Numbered from the stretch's first letter, positions 49,100-59,005 are shown. The stretch is 64,000 nt of DNA from an uncultured Candidatus Saccharibacteria bacterium (GCA_964612745.1 CAZTCH010000002.1:1009-65008); one strand, 5' to 3'. Made by a program: numbers and translations. The notes: generated by a model from the sequence alone, not told the origin.

Positions 49100-49133
49100 G
49101 AGTCGTCACGTCTTCATGTCTTAAAGTTGAACG
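49100..49133 (-). repeat. Copy 4 (reverse orientation) of the GAAGAC/TTAAGAC motif family, upstream of fba
   Basis: Reverse complement cgttcaactttaagacatgaagacgtgacgactc. Confidence 0.5.
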
Positions 49134-49262
49134 AACGGACAAAGGGTAGAGAACAGAGAGTAGAATAACATTTATTTTTATAACTAACTCCTACCACCTA
49201 CCCTTCGGCCGTGAGCTCAGGGTCGAGCGGCAACCTAATTCCTAACTCCTAGCAGCTATAAT

Positions 49263-50294
49263 TTAGTCTTTTTTCTTATCCACCAGCTTTTGCACTTTGG
49301 CTTTGTCTTTCGCAGTCACAATTGGCACTACCCGAAACGAAGACAAACGTTCGAGCTTGGCTTCCAATTGGTGCCGAGTCAACAACCCTTCCAACGGGCC
49401 CACTTTTTGCACCACACTCCCTGCATTTACCGGACCCCAGCGAAGCGCTTCTGCATGACTCTTGCCATAGATAAGCGCAGCGATATAGGCAGTGGTAAAA
49501 CTATCACCCGCGCCAGTAGCTTCTACCCGTGGCCCAGGGAATTCAGATACATAGAAAAATCCTTCGTCACTGTGCGAATACGCACCTCGACGACCGTCCG
49601 TTAACGTAATCGCCTTTGGTCCCAAAGCACGCAACCGTTTACACAGCTCTTCTGGGTCGCGTGTATCACTACCCACCCAACGCTGTGCCTCTTCTACGTT
49701 TACAGACAACACACTGGTTCGCTCTAAAATAGGTTTGTTTACTTTTATTCCCGCCTTCAATTGGTACGTCCCAGGGTTAAACCCAAGAGAGACCTTGTAC
49801 GCATCTAAGTATTCAGCAAGTGGGGCGTATATTTTCTGAAACCCTTCCGGCATACTCGTTAAATACACCCACTTACTACGCGCGAGCTTGGGGAAGTGGT
49901 ACTGCCTATGTTCGTGGTATACAAAAATTGTTCGCTCCCCGTCATGCGAAAGCACCATGTGGTAGTTGGTGCCATGTTCTTTATCAAAATACAAATAGTC
50001 AGTGGAGACCCCTTCTTGGCTCATGCGGTGTTTAATCTCTCGCCCACCCGCATCATCTCCGGTGATGCAAAAATATGCAGTACGCAACCCGAGCCGAGAT
50101 GAGCCTATTGCATTATTAGAAGCATTTCCCGCAACACTTTTAAAGAATTTTTGCACAGGGAGCTTATCCCCCCAGTTAATAATTGCTTTTAAGTCACCGT
50201 CAATCCGCTTTACTTCTACATCGTCCCCAAATAAAAACGAATCTATAACAGGATCGCCAATAGCGATAATATCAAATTTTGGTTTTCCAAACAT
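49263..50294 (-). CDS. PfkB-family carbohydrate kinase
   Basis: C-terminal GAGDSFTTAYIAAL ATP-binding signature. Confidence 0.65.
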   Translation of the reverse strand: MFGKPKFDIIAIGDPVIDSFLFGDDVEVKRIDGDLKAIINWGDKLPVQKFFKSVAGNASNNAIGSSRLGLRTAYFCITGDDAGGREIKHRMSQEGVSTDYLYFDKEHGTNYHMVLSHDGERTIFVYHEHRQYHFPKLARSKWVYLTSMPEGFQKIYAPLAEYLDAYKVSLGFNPGTYQLKAGIKVNKPILERTSVLSVNVEEAQRWVGSDTRDPEELCKRLRALGPKAITLTDGRRGAYSHSDEGFFYVSEFPGPRVEATGAGDSFTTAYIAALIYGKSHAEALRWGPVNAGSVVQKVGPLEGLLTRHQLEAKLERLSSFRVVPIVTAKDKAKVQKLVDKKKD

Positions 50295-50295
50295 A

Positions 50296-51285
50296 CTACT
50301 TCCCTTTCCGCTTAAGAACTTTTTTTACGGCTGCGACAATTGCAGGACCGTCCATTTCATATTTCTGCAATAACTGCTCTGGGTTACCACTCTCACCAAA
50401 TGAGTCTTGCATCCCTACCCGCTCTACGGGAACCGGATAGGCAGACGCTAAGAACTCACAAACTGCAGAGCCCAAACCACCAGCCACTTGGTGTTCTTCC
50501 ACCGTCACCACTGCCCCGCACTGTGTTGCCGCTTGCAAAATAGTTGCAGTATCCAGGGGTTTAATTGTGTGACTATTCACAACCATAGCTTCTATACCCT
50601 CACGAGCAAGTACCGCCGCGGCAAACAGCGCACCGTACAACACAGGCCCTGCGCCAATAATAACCACATCGGTGCCTGTGCGAAACACTTGTGCTTTGCC
50701 AATTGCAAACGGCATTGCGTCAGTCACCATAAGTGGCGTGGCTTCACGTGTTAACCGCAAATACGCTGGGCCGACGAGCGTAGCAAGCGCTTGGGTCGCT
50801 TGGCCCGCCTGAATAGCATCACACGGTACTACCACCGTCATATGTGGCAACACACGCACCAGCGCAATATCTTCCAGGGCTTGGTGTGTTGCACCATCTG
50901 GGCCCACCGAAAGCCCCGTGTGGCAACCAACCACTTTGACATTTGCTTTGCTATAACACACGCTCACCCGTAATTGATCCCAATTTCTGCCAGGGCTAAA
51001 CGTGGCATAGCTCGTCACAAAGGGCACTAAACCAGAGAGTGCCAAACCTGCTGCTACCCCCATCATATTTTGTTCCGCTACACCCATTTCAAAAAATCGT
51101 TCTGGGTAGCTTTCCGCAAATGCAGTGACTTTTGTGGAGTCTTTTAAGTCTGCAGTCAAAGCAACCACTTTTTCATTTTGCCCGCCGACCAAAGCCAAAG
51201 CCGTTCCAAAACCACTGCGAGTTGGAGTTTGGGTAATGTCTGGGTGACCAATCTTCGGTTGTAAAGCTTTATGTAATTTGCTCAT
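50296..51285 (-). CDS. Transketolase C-terminal subunit
   Basis: Pyrimidine-binding and C-terminal domains; the separate N-terminal half lies at 53074-53937. Confidence 0.8.
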   Translation of the reverse strand: MSKLHKALQPKIGHPDITQTPTRSGFGTALALVGGQNEKVVALTADLKDSTKVTAFAESYPERFFEMGVAEQNMMGVAAGLALSGLVPFVTSYATFSPGRNWDQLRVSVCYSKANVKVVGCHTGLSVGPDGATHQALEDIALVRVLPHMTVVVPCDAIQAGQATQALATLVGPAYLRLTREATPLMVTDAMPFAIGKAQVFRTGTDVVIIGAGPVLYGALFAAAVLAREGIEAMVVNSHTIKPLDTATILQAATQCGAVVTVEEHQVAGGLGSAVCEFLASAYPVPVERVGMQDSFGESGNPEQLLQKYEMDGPAIVAAVKKVLKRKGK

Positions 51286-51286
51286 A

Positions 51287-53050
51287 CTATTCTATGCCGT
51301 CAGAGTTTTTCTTTATATCTTGTTCACCAGTAATCAAACGTGCGACTACATCTTTATGTTTTTGATAATAAAACGCCACCACCAACAGAATTATGCCAAG
51401 TAACATGAAAGAAACAACGCGATACTCTAAATCCAGCGTCTGCACGTCAAACAAGAACACCTTCAACACAGCAAGTACAAATAACAACATGGCAAACCTG
51501 CGCAACACCCGCAAGAATGGCACCATACCTGCCACAGTCATGCACGCTGCATACACTATCCACCACACGCTCAACAACAAGTTTCGGGTATTGAGTAAAT
51601 CAACCCCATGGTAATAAAATACTATTTCACCAGATACAGCCAACCACAGCAGCGCCGCAGGCACTACCACAAGTGTCGAGCCAAACTGTGCATCTGCGTC
51701 ATTATGCAAATGCTTCTTTAACACAACAGCAAAGGTTGTCAGTTCAGCTATAACAGCCAGCTCAAGGGCAAAACGTGCATTCAAAAAGAGTGGTAATGCT
51801 TGCTCTGAAAAATTAATACTGACGATGGTCACCACTCCAAAAATACTTGCAATCACACCCCAAAACCACAATTCTTTTCTACGTAACGCAATTCCTGCAC
51901 CAAAAAGCAATGCGCTCACCAAAAGCACATACCAGCTTTGTACTACCCCATCGAATTGCCACATGACCGCAAACAATAAGAACTTCACTATGGTGAATAC
52001 TAAGGTATGGTTCAAAACTGTAGCCTCAAGTCTATCGACCAGCGCATACGCCATACAAGTACTAATTGCCAACAAGAGCAATATCGTTGTTCGGGCTTCA
52101 GCCATAACGCCAAGGGGTAGATAGCTCAACGCAACAGATACCAGAACTCCTAAAATACCATAGACTACAGCTAATTTTTCAGTATCGCTATCCTTCACCG
52201 GCCCTGTTTCTTTGAGCTTGCGATATATGAATGCAAGCACCATACTCACCAAGAAATAATTGCTAATAATAAACACAACAGTTGGTGTATTGGCATCGCC
52301 GGCCCAGCCTTGCCAAAACACATGTGCCACGCTTCCAAAAATACCTAAGAACAATAACTCAGGCCAAAAATAGAGTGACTGCATTGCAAGTAAGCCCACC
52401 GTCACCAAAGACAGATATGCATACAAAGCCACTGTATGACCCGAACTAAAGTACAGCAAAAATGGAGAAAGATATGCACCGACCATACTCACCAGCGCAA
52501 GAATGCGCGACCGCTGTAAAGCTGCCAAACACGCGCCGAGAACAGTTACAGCCACCATACCCAAAAACCCTACTGGTTCGGTGACTTTTTCGTAGAACTG
52601 ATACGAAGCAAACACGGTAAAATACAAAATCGCCAACCCGCCACCAGAAAGAATTTCTGCATATCGAGGAAATTTTTCTCTCCAGAGTAGTGCCAAAGTA
52701 ACAAACAGCAGGCCAATACCAAGCCCTGTCCCAATCCGCGCCCACTCTGTAACCCAACCTTGGTTAATAGCAAATTTATAGAAAAATGCGAAAGCAAATA
52801 GTAAGGCAACCACACCCACACCACCCACCCATTGGGCAAAGCTAATTTTCGAATCCGGAACAGTTGGGAGCGGCGCGGATACCGGCGCAACACGCGCCTC
52901 AGGCATGACAGAAGGGTGTGTAGCAGCTTGCGCAGTAGAAGCAGTGACAGGTTGCTTTTGCTGTGCACGCTCCAATACCACCACCCGTTCAGATAGCTTT
53001 GTTATACTCCATATGCACCAAATAATCGCCACTAGCAAAATGAATGTCAT
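51287..53050 (-). CDS. DUF2339-like large polytopic membrane protein, inserted between the two transketolase halves
   Basis: More than 14 hydrophobic helices; low-complexity A/P/V linker after the first TM. Confidence 0.45.
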   Translation of the reverse strand: MTFILLVAIIWCIWSITKLSERVVVLERAQQKQPVTASTAQAATHPSVMPEARVAPVSAPLPTVPDSKISFAQWVGGVGVVALLFAFAFFYKFAINQGWVTEWARIGTGLGIGLLFVTLALLWREKFPRYAEILSGGGLAILYFTVFASYQFYEKVTEPVGFLGMVAVTVLGACLAALQRSRILALVSMVGAYLSPFLLYFSSGHTVALYAYLSLVTVGLLAMQSLYFWPELLFLGIFGSVAHVFWQGWAGDANTPTVVFIISNYFLVSMVLAFIYRKLKETGPVKDSDTEKLAVVYGILGVLVSVALSYLPLGVMAEARTTILLLLAISTCMAYALVDRLEATVLNHTLVFTIVKFLLFAVMWQFDGVVQSWYVLLVSALLFGAGIALRRKELWFWGVIASIFGVVTIVSINFSEQALPLFLNARFALELAVIAELTTFAVVLKKHLHNDADAQFGSTLVVVPAALLWLAVSGEIVFYYHGVDLLNTRNLLLSVWWIVYAACMTVAGMVPFLRVLRRFAMLLFVLAVLKVFLFDVQTLDLEYRVVSFMLLGIILLVVAFYYQKHKDVVARLITGEQDIKKNSDGIE

Positions 53051-53073
53051 GTGTGTAAATACGTATTAAATCG

Positions 53074-53937
53074 TTAGTCGTGTTCAGATTGAATCTTACC
53101 TTGCAGCGAACGAAGCTCTTTCAGCGCTACTGCAGCTTGCACCTTATTCGGTGGAGCCCCATGCCAGCGATAATCACCTTCCATAAAATCCACACCCTTC
53201 CCTGGAATGGTGTGCGCAATAATTACTGTTGGCTTTTCGTATATCGCTTTTGCTTCTTGGAGTGCGTCAATCACTTGTTGCAAATTATGTCCATCCACTT
53301 CGAGTACATGCCAACCAAACGCTTCGTATTTCGCACGAAGGCTTTCCAGTGGCAAGACATCTTCGGTGTACCCATCAATCTGAATATTGTTACGGTCGAT
53401 AATAGCAGTCATGTTATGCAGCTTATGGCTACCTGCAAACAATACTGCTTCCCAAATCTGCCCTTCTTGTTGTTCGCCATCGGACATGATTGCATATACT
53501 CGTTGACGCGAATGTTGCAGTCGAAGCGCAAGCGCCATTCCAACAGCCTGACTCAAACCTTGCGCGAGCGGACCACTAGTTGTCTCCACTCCAGGCAACG
53601 CGAGATTATGTGGGTGCCCTTGTAACCGTGTCTCAAATTTTCGAAGCGTCTGTAACTCGGCTCTTTCAAAGTATCCTGCATGAGCTAAGGTTGCGTATAA
53701 AACTGGACAAATATGCCCACAGGACAAAACAACCCGATCTCGGCCATCCCAGAGAGGGTTGTTTGGGTCATGCTGAAGCACGCGAAAATAAAGCGCAGTA
53801 AACACATCCGCCATTCCTAATGGACCGGCACTATGTCCACTTTCTGCTGCGAGCAACATAGATATAATATCTTGCCGTATCTCGCTTGCTTTGTAGGTTA
53901 ACTCTGTGATTGGAAGATTGTAAGGATTCATGCGCAC
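53074..53937 (-). CDS. Transketolase N-terminal (TPP-binding) subunit
   Basis: GHSAGPLGMAD and GDG thiamine-diphosphate motifs. Confidence 0.8.
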   Translation of the reverse strand: MRMNPYNLPITELTYKASEIRQDIISMLLAAESGHSAGPLGMADVFTALYFRVLQHDPNNPLWDGRDRVVLSCGHICPVLYATLAHAGYFERAELQTLRKFETRLQGHPHNLALPGVETTSGPLAQGLSQAVGMALALRLQHSRQRVYAIMSDGEQQEGQIWEAVLFAGSHKLHNMTAIIDRNNIQIDGYTEDVLPLESLRAKYEAFGWHVLEVDGHNLQQVIDALQEAKAIYEKPTVIIAHTIPGKGVDFMEGDYRWHGAPPNKVQAAVALKELRSLQGKIQSEHD

Positions 53938-53997
53938 AAAAAAATACCACTACTATACAGTATACAACATGTATCTGCATTCGTGTGGTACTTTGTA

Positions 53998-54639
53998 CTA
54001 CTTCTGAAGACTACTTTGCAAATCTTGAAAATTTCTCACTGGCTCTGTACCCAAAGCGGAACCCACAACCAGTAAATCTGCTCCAGCAGCAGCTACGGCC
54101 GCGCAGTTTTCTTTTTTTACACCACCATCCACTTCAATTACCGCATTCGGCAACAACGCTCGCAACTCCGCAATGCGCGACAGCGCACTTGGCAACATAG
54201 CTTGTCCTTGTCTCCCAGGGGGAATGGTCATGAGTGTAAACTGTTGTGCAATATCAGCCAACGGCACCACAGCTGCAAGTGGTGTTTCTGGATTTACCCC
54301 AACCCCCGCTTGCAAACCGAGACTTTGAATTTGCAACAACGCAGTCCTCAGCTCTGCCGCTGTCGGATACGCTTCTATATGCACAATTATTGTAGAAAAG
54401 CCGACCAATTGGTAGTCAAAAAAGTCGCTAGGCGCCACAGCCATAATGTGTGCTTCCCACTGAAACGCTGGGTTCAGTAGCTCAACGTCTTTTACTTGTA
54501 CCGTCTCGGTCTGCACAAACTGCCCATCGCAAAAATCCACCTGAATTCGCTGCGCTTCGGGTAAATGCTCCAAGTCTTCCGCTTTATTTTTGAAAGCTGG
54601 AACTGTTTGTTCTAAAATTGCTGGAACTAATAATGCCAT
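53998..54639 (-). CDS. rpe: Ribulose-phosphate 3-epimerase (ORF track extends upstream to 54678)
   Basis: DFCDGQFV, GVGVNPETP, MTIPPGRQGQAM and IEVDGGV motifs. Confidence 0.7.
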   Translation of the reverse strand: MALLVPAILEQTVPAFKNKAEDLEHLPEAQRIQVDFCDGQFVQTETVQVKDVELLNPAFQWEAHIMAVAPSDFFDYQLVGFSTIIVHIEAYPTAAELRTALLQIQSLGLQAGVGVNPETPLAAVVPLADIAQQFTLMTIPPGRQGQAMLPSALSRIAELRALLPNAVIEVDGGVKKENCAAVAAAGADLLVVGSALGTEPVRNFQDLQSSLQK

Positions 54640-54740
54640 AGTGTATGTAACCACGGATACACAGATTGCACGGATCACACAGATATAAGTGCCTTTTTGA
54701 TTGGCAGTATCTGTGAAATCTGTGTATCTGTGGTTTGTAT
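54640..54740. repeat. Degenerate cacagata / atctgtg word repeats in both orientations upstream of rpe
   Basis: Direct reading; same words as 33225-33300. Confidence 0.5.
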
Positions 54741-54744
54741 AATT

Positions 54745-55188
54745 TTACCTCTCCAACGCACTCACTTTCTTGACTCTCCGAATATGGCGCTTCTCTTTCG
54801 ACCAAGGTGTATTGAGCCAAACCTGTACAATCTTGAGCGCCATCGCAGGTGTAATATAATCAGACGGCAAACAAAGCACATTGGTGTGGTCATCGTTGCG
54901 GCTCGCACGCGCCTCTTTGACATTCCAGACCAAGCCAGCACGCACCCCTGCAAACTTGTTTGCTGCAATACACATCCCTTGCCCACTCCGACAAATCAAA
55001 ATACCAAAATCTGTTGTTGGATTTTTAGACACTTTTGCTGCCACCTTTTTTGCGTAATCTGGGTAGTCGTCGTCTGGCACGAGAGCACTGGGCCCCATGT
55101 CGGACACTCGCCCACCTTCTTGCGCAAGGTTGGAGGTAATAAATTCTTTTAATTGAAACCCACCGTGGTCAGATGCGATGTATAACAT
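54745..55188 (-). CDS. rpiB: Ribose-5-phosphate isomerase B
   Basis: MLYIASDHGG start and ICRSGQGMCIAANK active-site region. Confidence 0.8.
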   Translation of the reverse strand: MLYIASDHGGFQLKEFITSNLAQEGGRVSDMGPSALVPDDDYPDYAKKVAAKVSKNPTTDFGILICRSGQGMCIAANKFAGVRAGLVWNVKEARASRNDDHTNVLCLPSDYITPAMALKIVQVWLNTPWSKEKRHIRRVKKVSALER

Positions 55189-55300
55189 AAAATGAGGACA
55201 GAGGTTAGAGAATAGAGGGTAGAGAGTAGAAAGAATGCAGAGGGCTAAGGGCTAAGGGCTAAGAAAAAATACAATTTCTAATTTTCAATTTTTAATTTTT

Positions 55301-55514
55301 CTTTCTCGTTACTCGCAACTAGTTACTCGTTACTACTTTTGGGAAATTCCAAATCACAAGCACGAAATATCAAATAAATTACAATATCCAAAATCCCAAA
55401 CGAATACACTTTCTTATTTTGGACATTGATGCATTGGAACTTGTTTGTTATTTGATTTTTGTCATTTGTGTTTTTTATCTTTCTCGCAACTCGCAACTAG
55501 TTACTCGTCACTAT
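55301..55514. repeat. ~142-bp segment (55337-55478; inverted copy of 25866-25988) bracketed by 36-bp imperfect direct repeats ctttctcg..actcgcaactagttactcgt.act at 55301-55336 and 55479-55514
   Basis: Direct reading of both direct repeats and of the inverted homolog. Confidence 0.65.
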
Positions 55515-55515
55515 A

Positions 55516-56205
55516 TTACCAGCTGGCATTAATCATTTGGTTAAAATCTTTCGGAAGCAGACTCGCGCCACCAACGAGCAGGCCGTCGATATTCGGTTGA
55601 GACAAATACTCTCCAGCATTTGTCGCATTTGCACTTCCGCCGTATAGCACCTTTGCTGGTTTGAACTGTGTGCGAATAAAAATAGCAATTTTTTCTGCGT
55701 GGTCAGGTGTGGCTGGTTTTCCCGCACCAATAGCCCAGACTGGCTCATATGCCACGACCACCTGAGTCGAATCTACTCCTTTTAATGCAGACTTTAACTG
55801 TGTGCGCAACACATCTGCTACTTCTAACTCATCTTGCTTCACACTAGTACCATGGCCAACACACACCACTGGAGTAATCCCCACCGACAAGAGCGCTTCT
55901 ACTTTTTTATGAATCCCTTCTTCGGTTTCACCCGTATTGCGCCGTTCACTATGACCAACCAAACAATACTTTACCTTCAAACTTTTGAGAGTCAGTGGCG
56001 ACACTTGTCCCGTATGCGCACCTTTATTTTCCCAAAAACAATCTTGCGCACCTAAGCGAGGAAATGTCACGACAGACAAAAACACAGATGGAGGGCAAAT
56101 AACCGCTTCATGCTTGGACTTTGTGTCTATCTTCTGCGCAAGTCGGACTGCTTCTTGCTTTGTCAGTGGATTTAACTTCCAATTTGCAATTATCAATTTT
56201 TTCAT
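55516..56205 (-). CDS. tpiA: Triosephosphate isomerase
   Basis: IANWKLN start, VGHSERR and AYEPVWAIGAG motifs. Confidence 0.85.
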   Translation of the reverse strand: MKKLIIANWKLNPLTKQEAVRLAQKIDTKSKHEAVICPPSVFLSVVTFPRLGAQDCFWENKGAHTGQVSPLTLKSLKVKYCLVGHSERRNTGETEEGIHKKVEALLSVGITPVVCVGHGTSVKQDELEVADVLRTQLKSALKGVDSTQVVVAYEPVWAIGAGKPATPDHAEKIAIFIRTQFKPAKVLYGGSANATNAGEYLSQPNIDGLLVGGASLLPKDFNQMINASW

Positions 56206-56221
56206 AGGAGTTCTTCTGTGA

Positions 56222-57208
56222 TTAGCTTTTCAAAAACAGCGCAGTTTGCTCTGGTGGTACTGGGTTTATCGGAATTCCTGTAGCGTATTCAAACCCTGCC
56301 CAAATAGAAATACGAGGGAACACAGTTAAGTGCCAATGGTAACTCCCCTCTTCGTGCATGGTGTGCTGCGTCTTGGCAGGTGGCATAGTATGCACATAGA
56401 AGTTCAACGCAGGATCCCCCAGCTTCACGTACAGCTGACCGAGCACGGTCTTGAGCACGTACGCCAAATGCCCACGCTCTACTGCGTCAATATCTTCAAA
56501 TCGCGCAGCATGCTTTTTCGGTAAAATCCACGTCTCAAAGGGCTGCCGTGAGGCATATGCAGACAATACGACAAAGTGTTCTGTTTCTAGTACTATCCTA
56601 TCTTTTACGCTAAGCTCTTCGCGGATAATGTCACAGTATATGCACGTATGATTCAGCTGGTGGTAGTGATAGCACCCCGACACCTCTGCGTGAATATGCG
56701 GTGGCAACAGAGGCACCGCCAAAAGTTGGTAGTGTGGATGCACGAGCGAAGCACCAGCATCTCTGCCGTGATTATGAAACGCTTGGACATATGCCACGTG
56801 TTCGTCTTCCAACATGGCTTTTTGTCGGGCAATAATCATCTGCAAAGACAAATCGATTGTTGCAGCAGATTGGAGCGCAATAGGCTCATTATGCCTTCGC
56901 GTTACCACCACTTCGTGGTCGCCATACCCTGCTTGATTTACATAAAAATCTTTGTGCCTGTAGGTAGTGGTGTGCTCGAGTGCCTGAAATTTATTTTCTA
57001 TTACTCTGGCTTGCCACTCGCGCCCAGCTGGGCTGCGCATAACTTCCACATTCAACGCTTCTTTCCCTGGGCAAAATACACATGCTGGGTCGTGGTCCGG
57101 CAACCCTGCCATGACACTATGCGCTTTGTAATCCTCTGGTCGCTTCGCCCTACCAGGAGCAATAAGCACCCATTGTTTGGTGATTGGATTTTGCCTGAAT
57201 TGACTCAT
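56222..57208 (-). CDS. galT: Galactose-1-phosphate uridylyltransferase-like (HIT superfamily)
   Basis: CVFCPG zinc knuckle and HPHYQ HIT-like histidine motif. Confidence 0.6.
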   Translation of the reverse strand: MSQFRQNPITKQWVLIAPGRAKRPEDYKAHSVMAGLPDHDPACVFCPGKEALNVEVMRSPAGREWQARVIENKFQALEHTTTYRHKDFYVNQAGYGDHEVVVTRRHNEPIALQSAATIDLSLQMIIARQKAMLEDEHVAYVQAFHNHGRDAGASLVHPHYQLLAVPLLPPHIHAEVSGCYHYHQLNHTCIYCDIIREELSVKDRIVLETEHFVVLSAYASRQPFETWILPKKHAARFEDIDAVERGHLAYVLKTVLGQLYVKLGDPALNFYVHTMPPAKTQHTMHEEGSYHWHLTVFPRISIWAGFEYATGIPINPVPPEQTALFLKS

Positions 57209-57314
57209 AAAAATCTGTGCTTTTCAAAATTTGTTTTATCCCGCCTTCGCTAAAGCTTCGGCGGGTTCTGTTTTTCGAATCCTCTCCCTAATTCTTCTGT
57301 TTCTTCTAACTCTT

Positions 57315-57704
57315 CTATTTCTTCTTCCCCGCCTCCCTATTCAAATAATTCTGCAACACAATCTGTGCTGCTAAGCTATCGGTGCGGTCGTGCCCTGTAG
57401 GCACTTGTTCAGCCATAACAGAAGAGAGCCTTTCATCCATAAGTATAACAGGTACGCTCACTACCCGCTCAAGCGCTACTTTAAAATTTTCCACTTCTTC
57501 AGTCTTTTTTGTTTTTTGTCCGCTCATACCAAGTGGAAAACCCAAGACAATACTCTCCAGCTCCAGCTCAGTAAGCAGTTTTGGAAGCTCATGCCAAAAC
57601 TGTGTAGGAGAATACACAGCTAATTCCCGCGCCAGCATGTGTAGCTCGTCTGAAACTGCAATCCCAATCCGTTTTGTGCCAAAATCAATACCTAAAATTC
57701 GCAT
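57315..57704 (-). CDS. ruvX: Putative pre-16S rRNA nuclease / Holliday junction resolvase-like
   Basis: MRILGIDFGTKRIGIAVSD start (RNase H-like YqgF family). Confidence 0.75.
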   Translation of the reverse strand: MRILGIDFGTKRIGIAVSDELHMLARELAVYSPTQFWHELPKLLTELELESIVLGFPLGMSGQKTKKTEEVENFKVALERVVSVPVILMDERLSSVMAEQVPTGHDRTDSLAAQIVLQNYLNREAGKKK

Positions 57705-57715
57705 AGTGCCTCTGT

Positions 57716-58942
57716 TTACTTCTTTTCACCCAGCGTAACCCGAACTTGCTTTTCAACTCCATCGCGGAATACCACAAGTGCGACAGTGCTCCCAACCTCA
57801 AAATTACGGAGAGCATTTGCCAACGTGTGGTCTTCGGTAATATCCACCCCTTCGACACTCAGAATTATATCTCGCTCCTGCAAACCAGCTTGCGCTGCAG
57901 GGCTATTGGGTATTATTGCTGGTCCTGATTCACTTCCACTCACCAGCAAAGCGCCATACGTTTTAGCCAGATTCTCTTTTTTGGCGAGTGCTGGAGTTAT
58001 AAGTGTGTACTGCACACCGAGAAATGGCCGAGTAATTTTCCCCGTTTTGCGGAAACTATCCAGCGCGCGTGCTGCGTCAGAAGATGGGATAGCAAACCCC
58101 ACCAACTGCCCTTCGCGGTCAATAGCTGTGTTTATACCAATCACTTGCCCAACTATGTTCAGCAAAGGACCACCAGAGTTGCCCGGGTTAATAGCAGCAT
58201 CTGTTTGAATCACTCCTTCCAGCTGTTCACTCCCGCCACTGCCTCCTGCAGTAATACTTCGCCCAATACCAGAGACAACCCCTGTAGTCACCGTATTGGC
58301 GTATTGCCCCAACGAATTCCCAATAGCAACTACACGTTGCCCAATCTCGAGCTTTGATGCATCCGCCAACTCCAAGTAAGGCGTATTGGTAGCCTCAATT
58401 TTCACAATGGCCAAATCGTTCACAGGGTCTCGAGTCAACACTTTCGCCTCGTACTCGGTACCGTCGTTTAAGACAATCGTATATTGCGCTGTCTCGTCAC
58501 TCACTACGTGTTTATTTGTCAGAATTAATCCATCATTCGAAACCAAAAAGCCACTCCCCGCCCCCACCTGTTGAATATTGGGCTCTGTATTTTTTGGTTG
58601 CTGCTGCGGGGGTACTATTCCAAAAAACTGAGAGAAAGGATCGAAACCAAAAGGAAAGGCATTAGACTGCACTTGTTTGCTCACGTCTTTACTCACCACG
58701 ATAGAGACCACCGCAGGGCTCGTTTTTTTGACCACATCAATAACCGCAGACCCCTCTTCCACCACAACAGTCTGCCCTGCAGAATGATTTGGGTTTACGT
58801 TCGTGCCAAACCCACGCATCGCCCCAATATACCCCCCGAAAAAACCAGCAACGACACTTACGAGAAGCCCAGCAGCAAGGTACTGCTTGGCAAACTTCGG
58901 CATATGTATTTTTTCTGACTCTTCGTGTATTTCTTCGTTCAT
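57716..58942 (-). CDS. htrA: HtrA/DegP-family serine protease with PDZ domain
   Basis: TNKHVV (His), D, GNSGGPL (Ser) triad motifs; C-terminal PDZ; N-terminal TM. Confidence 0.8.
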   Translation of the reverse strand: MNEEIHEESEKIHMPKFAKQYLAAGLLVSVVAGFFGGYIGAMRGFGTNVNPNHSAGQTVVVEEGSAVIDVVKKTSPAVVSIVVSKDVSKQVQSNAFPFGFDPFSQFFGIVPPQQQPKNTEPNIQQVGAGSGFLVSNDGLILTNKHVVSDETAQYTIVLNDGTEYEAKVLTRDPVNDLAIVKIEATNTPYLELADASKLEIGQRVVAIGNSLGQYANTVTTGVVSGIGRSITAGGSGGSEQLEGVIQTDAAINPGNSGGPLLNIVGQVIGINTAIDREGQLVGFAIPSSDAARALDSFRKTGKITRPFLGVQYTLITPALAKKENLAKTYGALLVSGSESGPAIIPNSPAAQAGLQERDIILSVEGVDITEDHTLANALRNFEVGSTVALVVFRDGVEKQVRVTLGEKK

Positions 58943-59005
58943 ACTCCTTATGAAACTAGTTCTTATTTACATTACTACAAGAGAATAGCGATCTTATTTC
59001 ACTAC

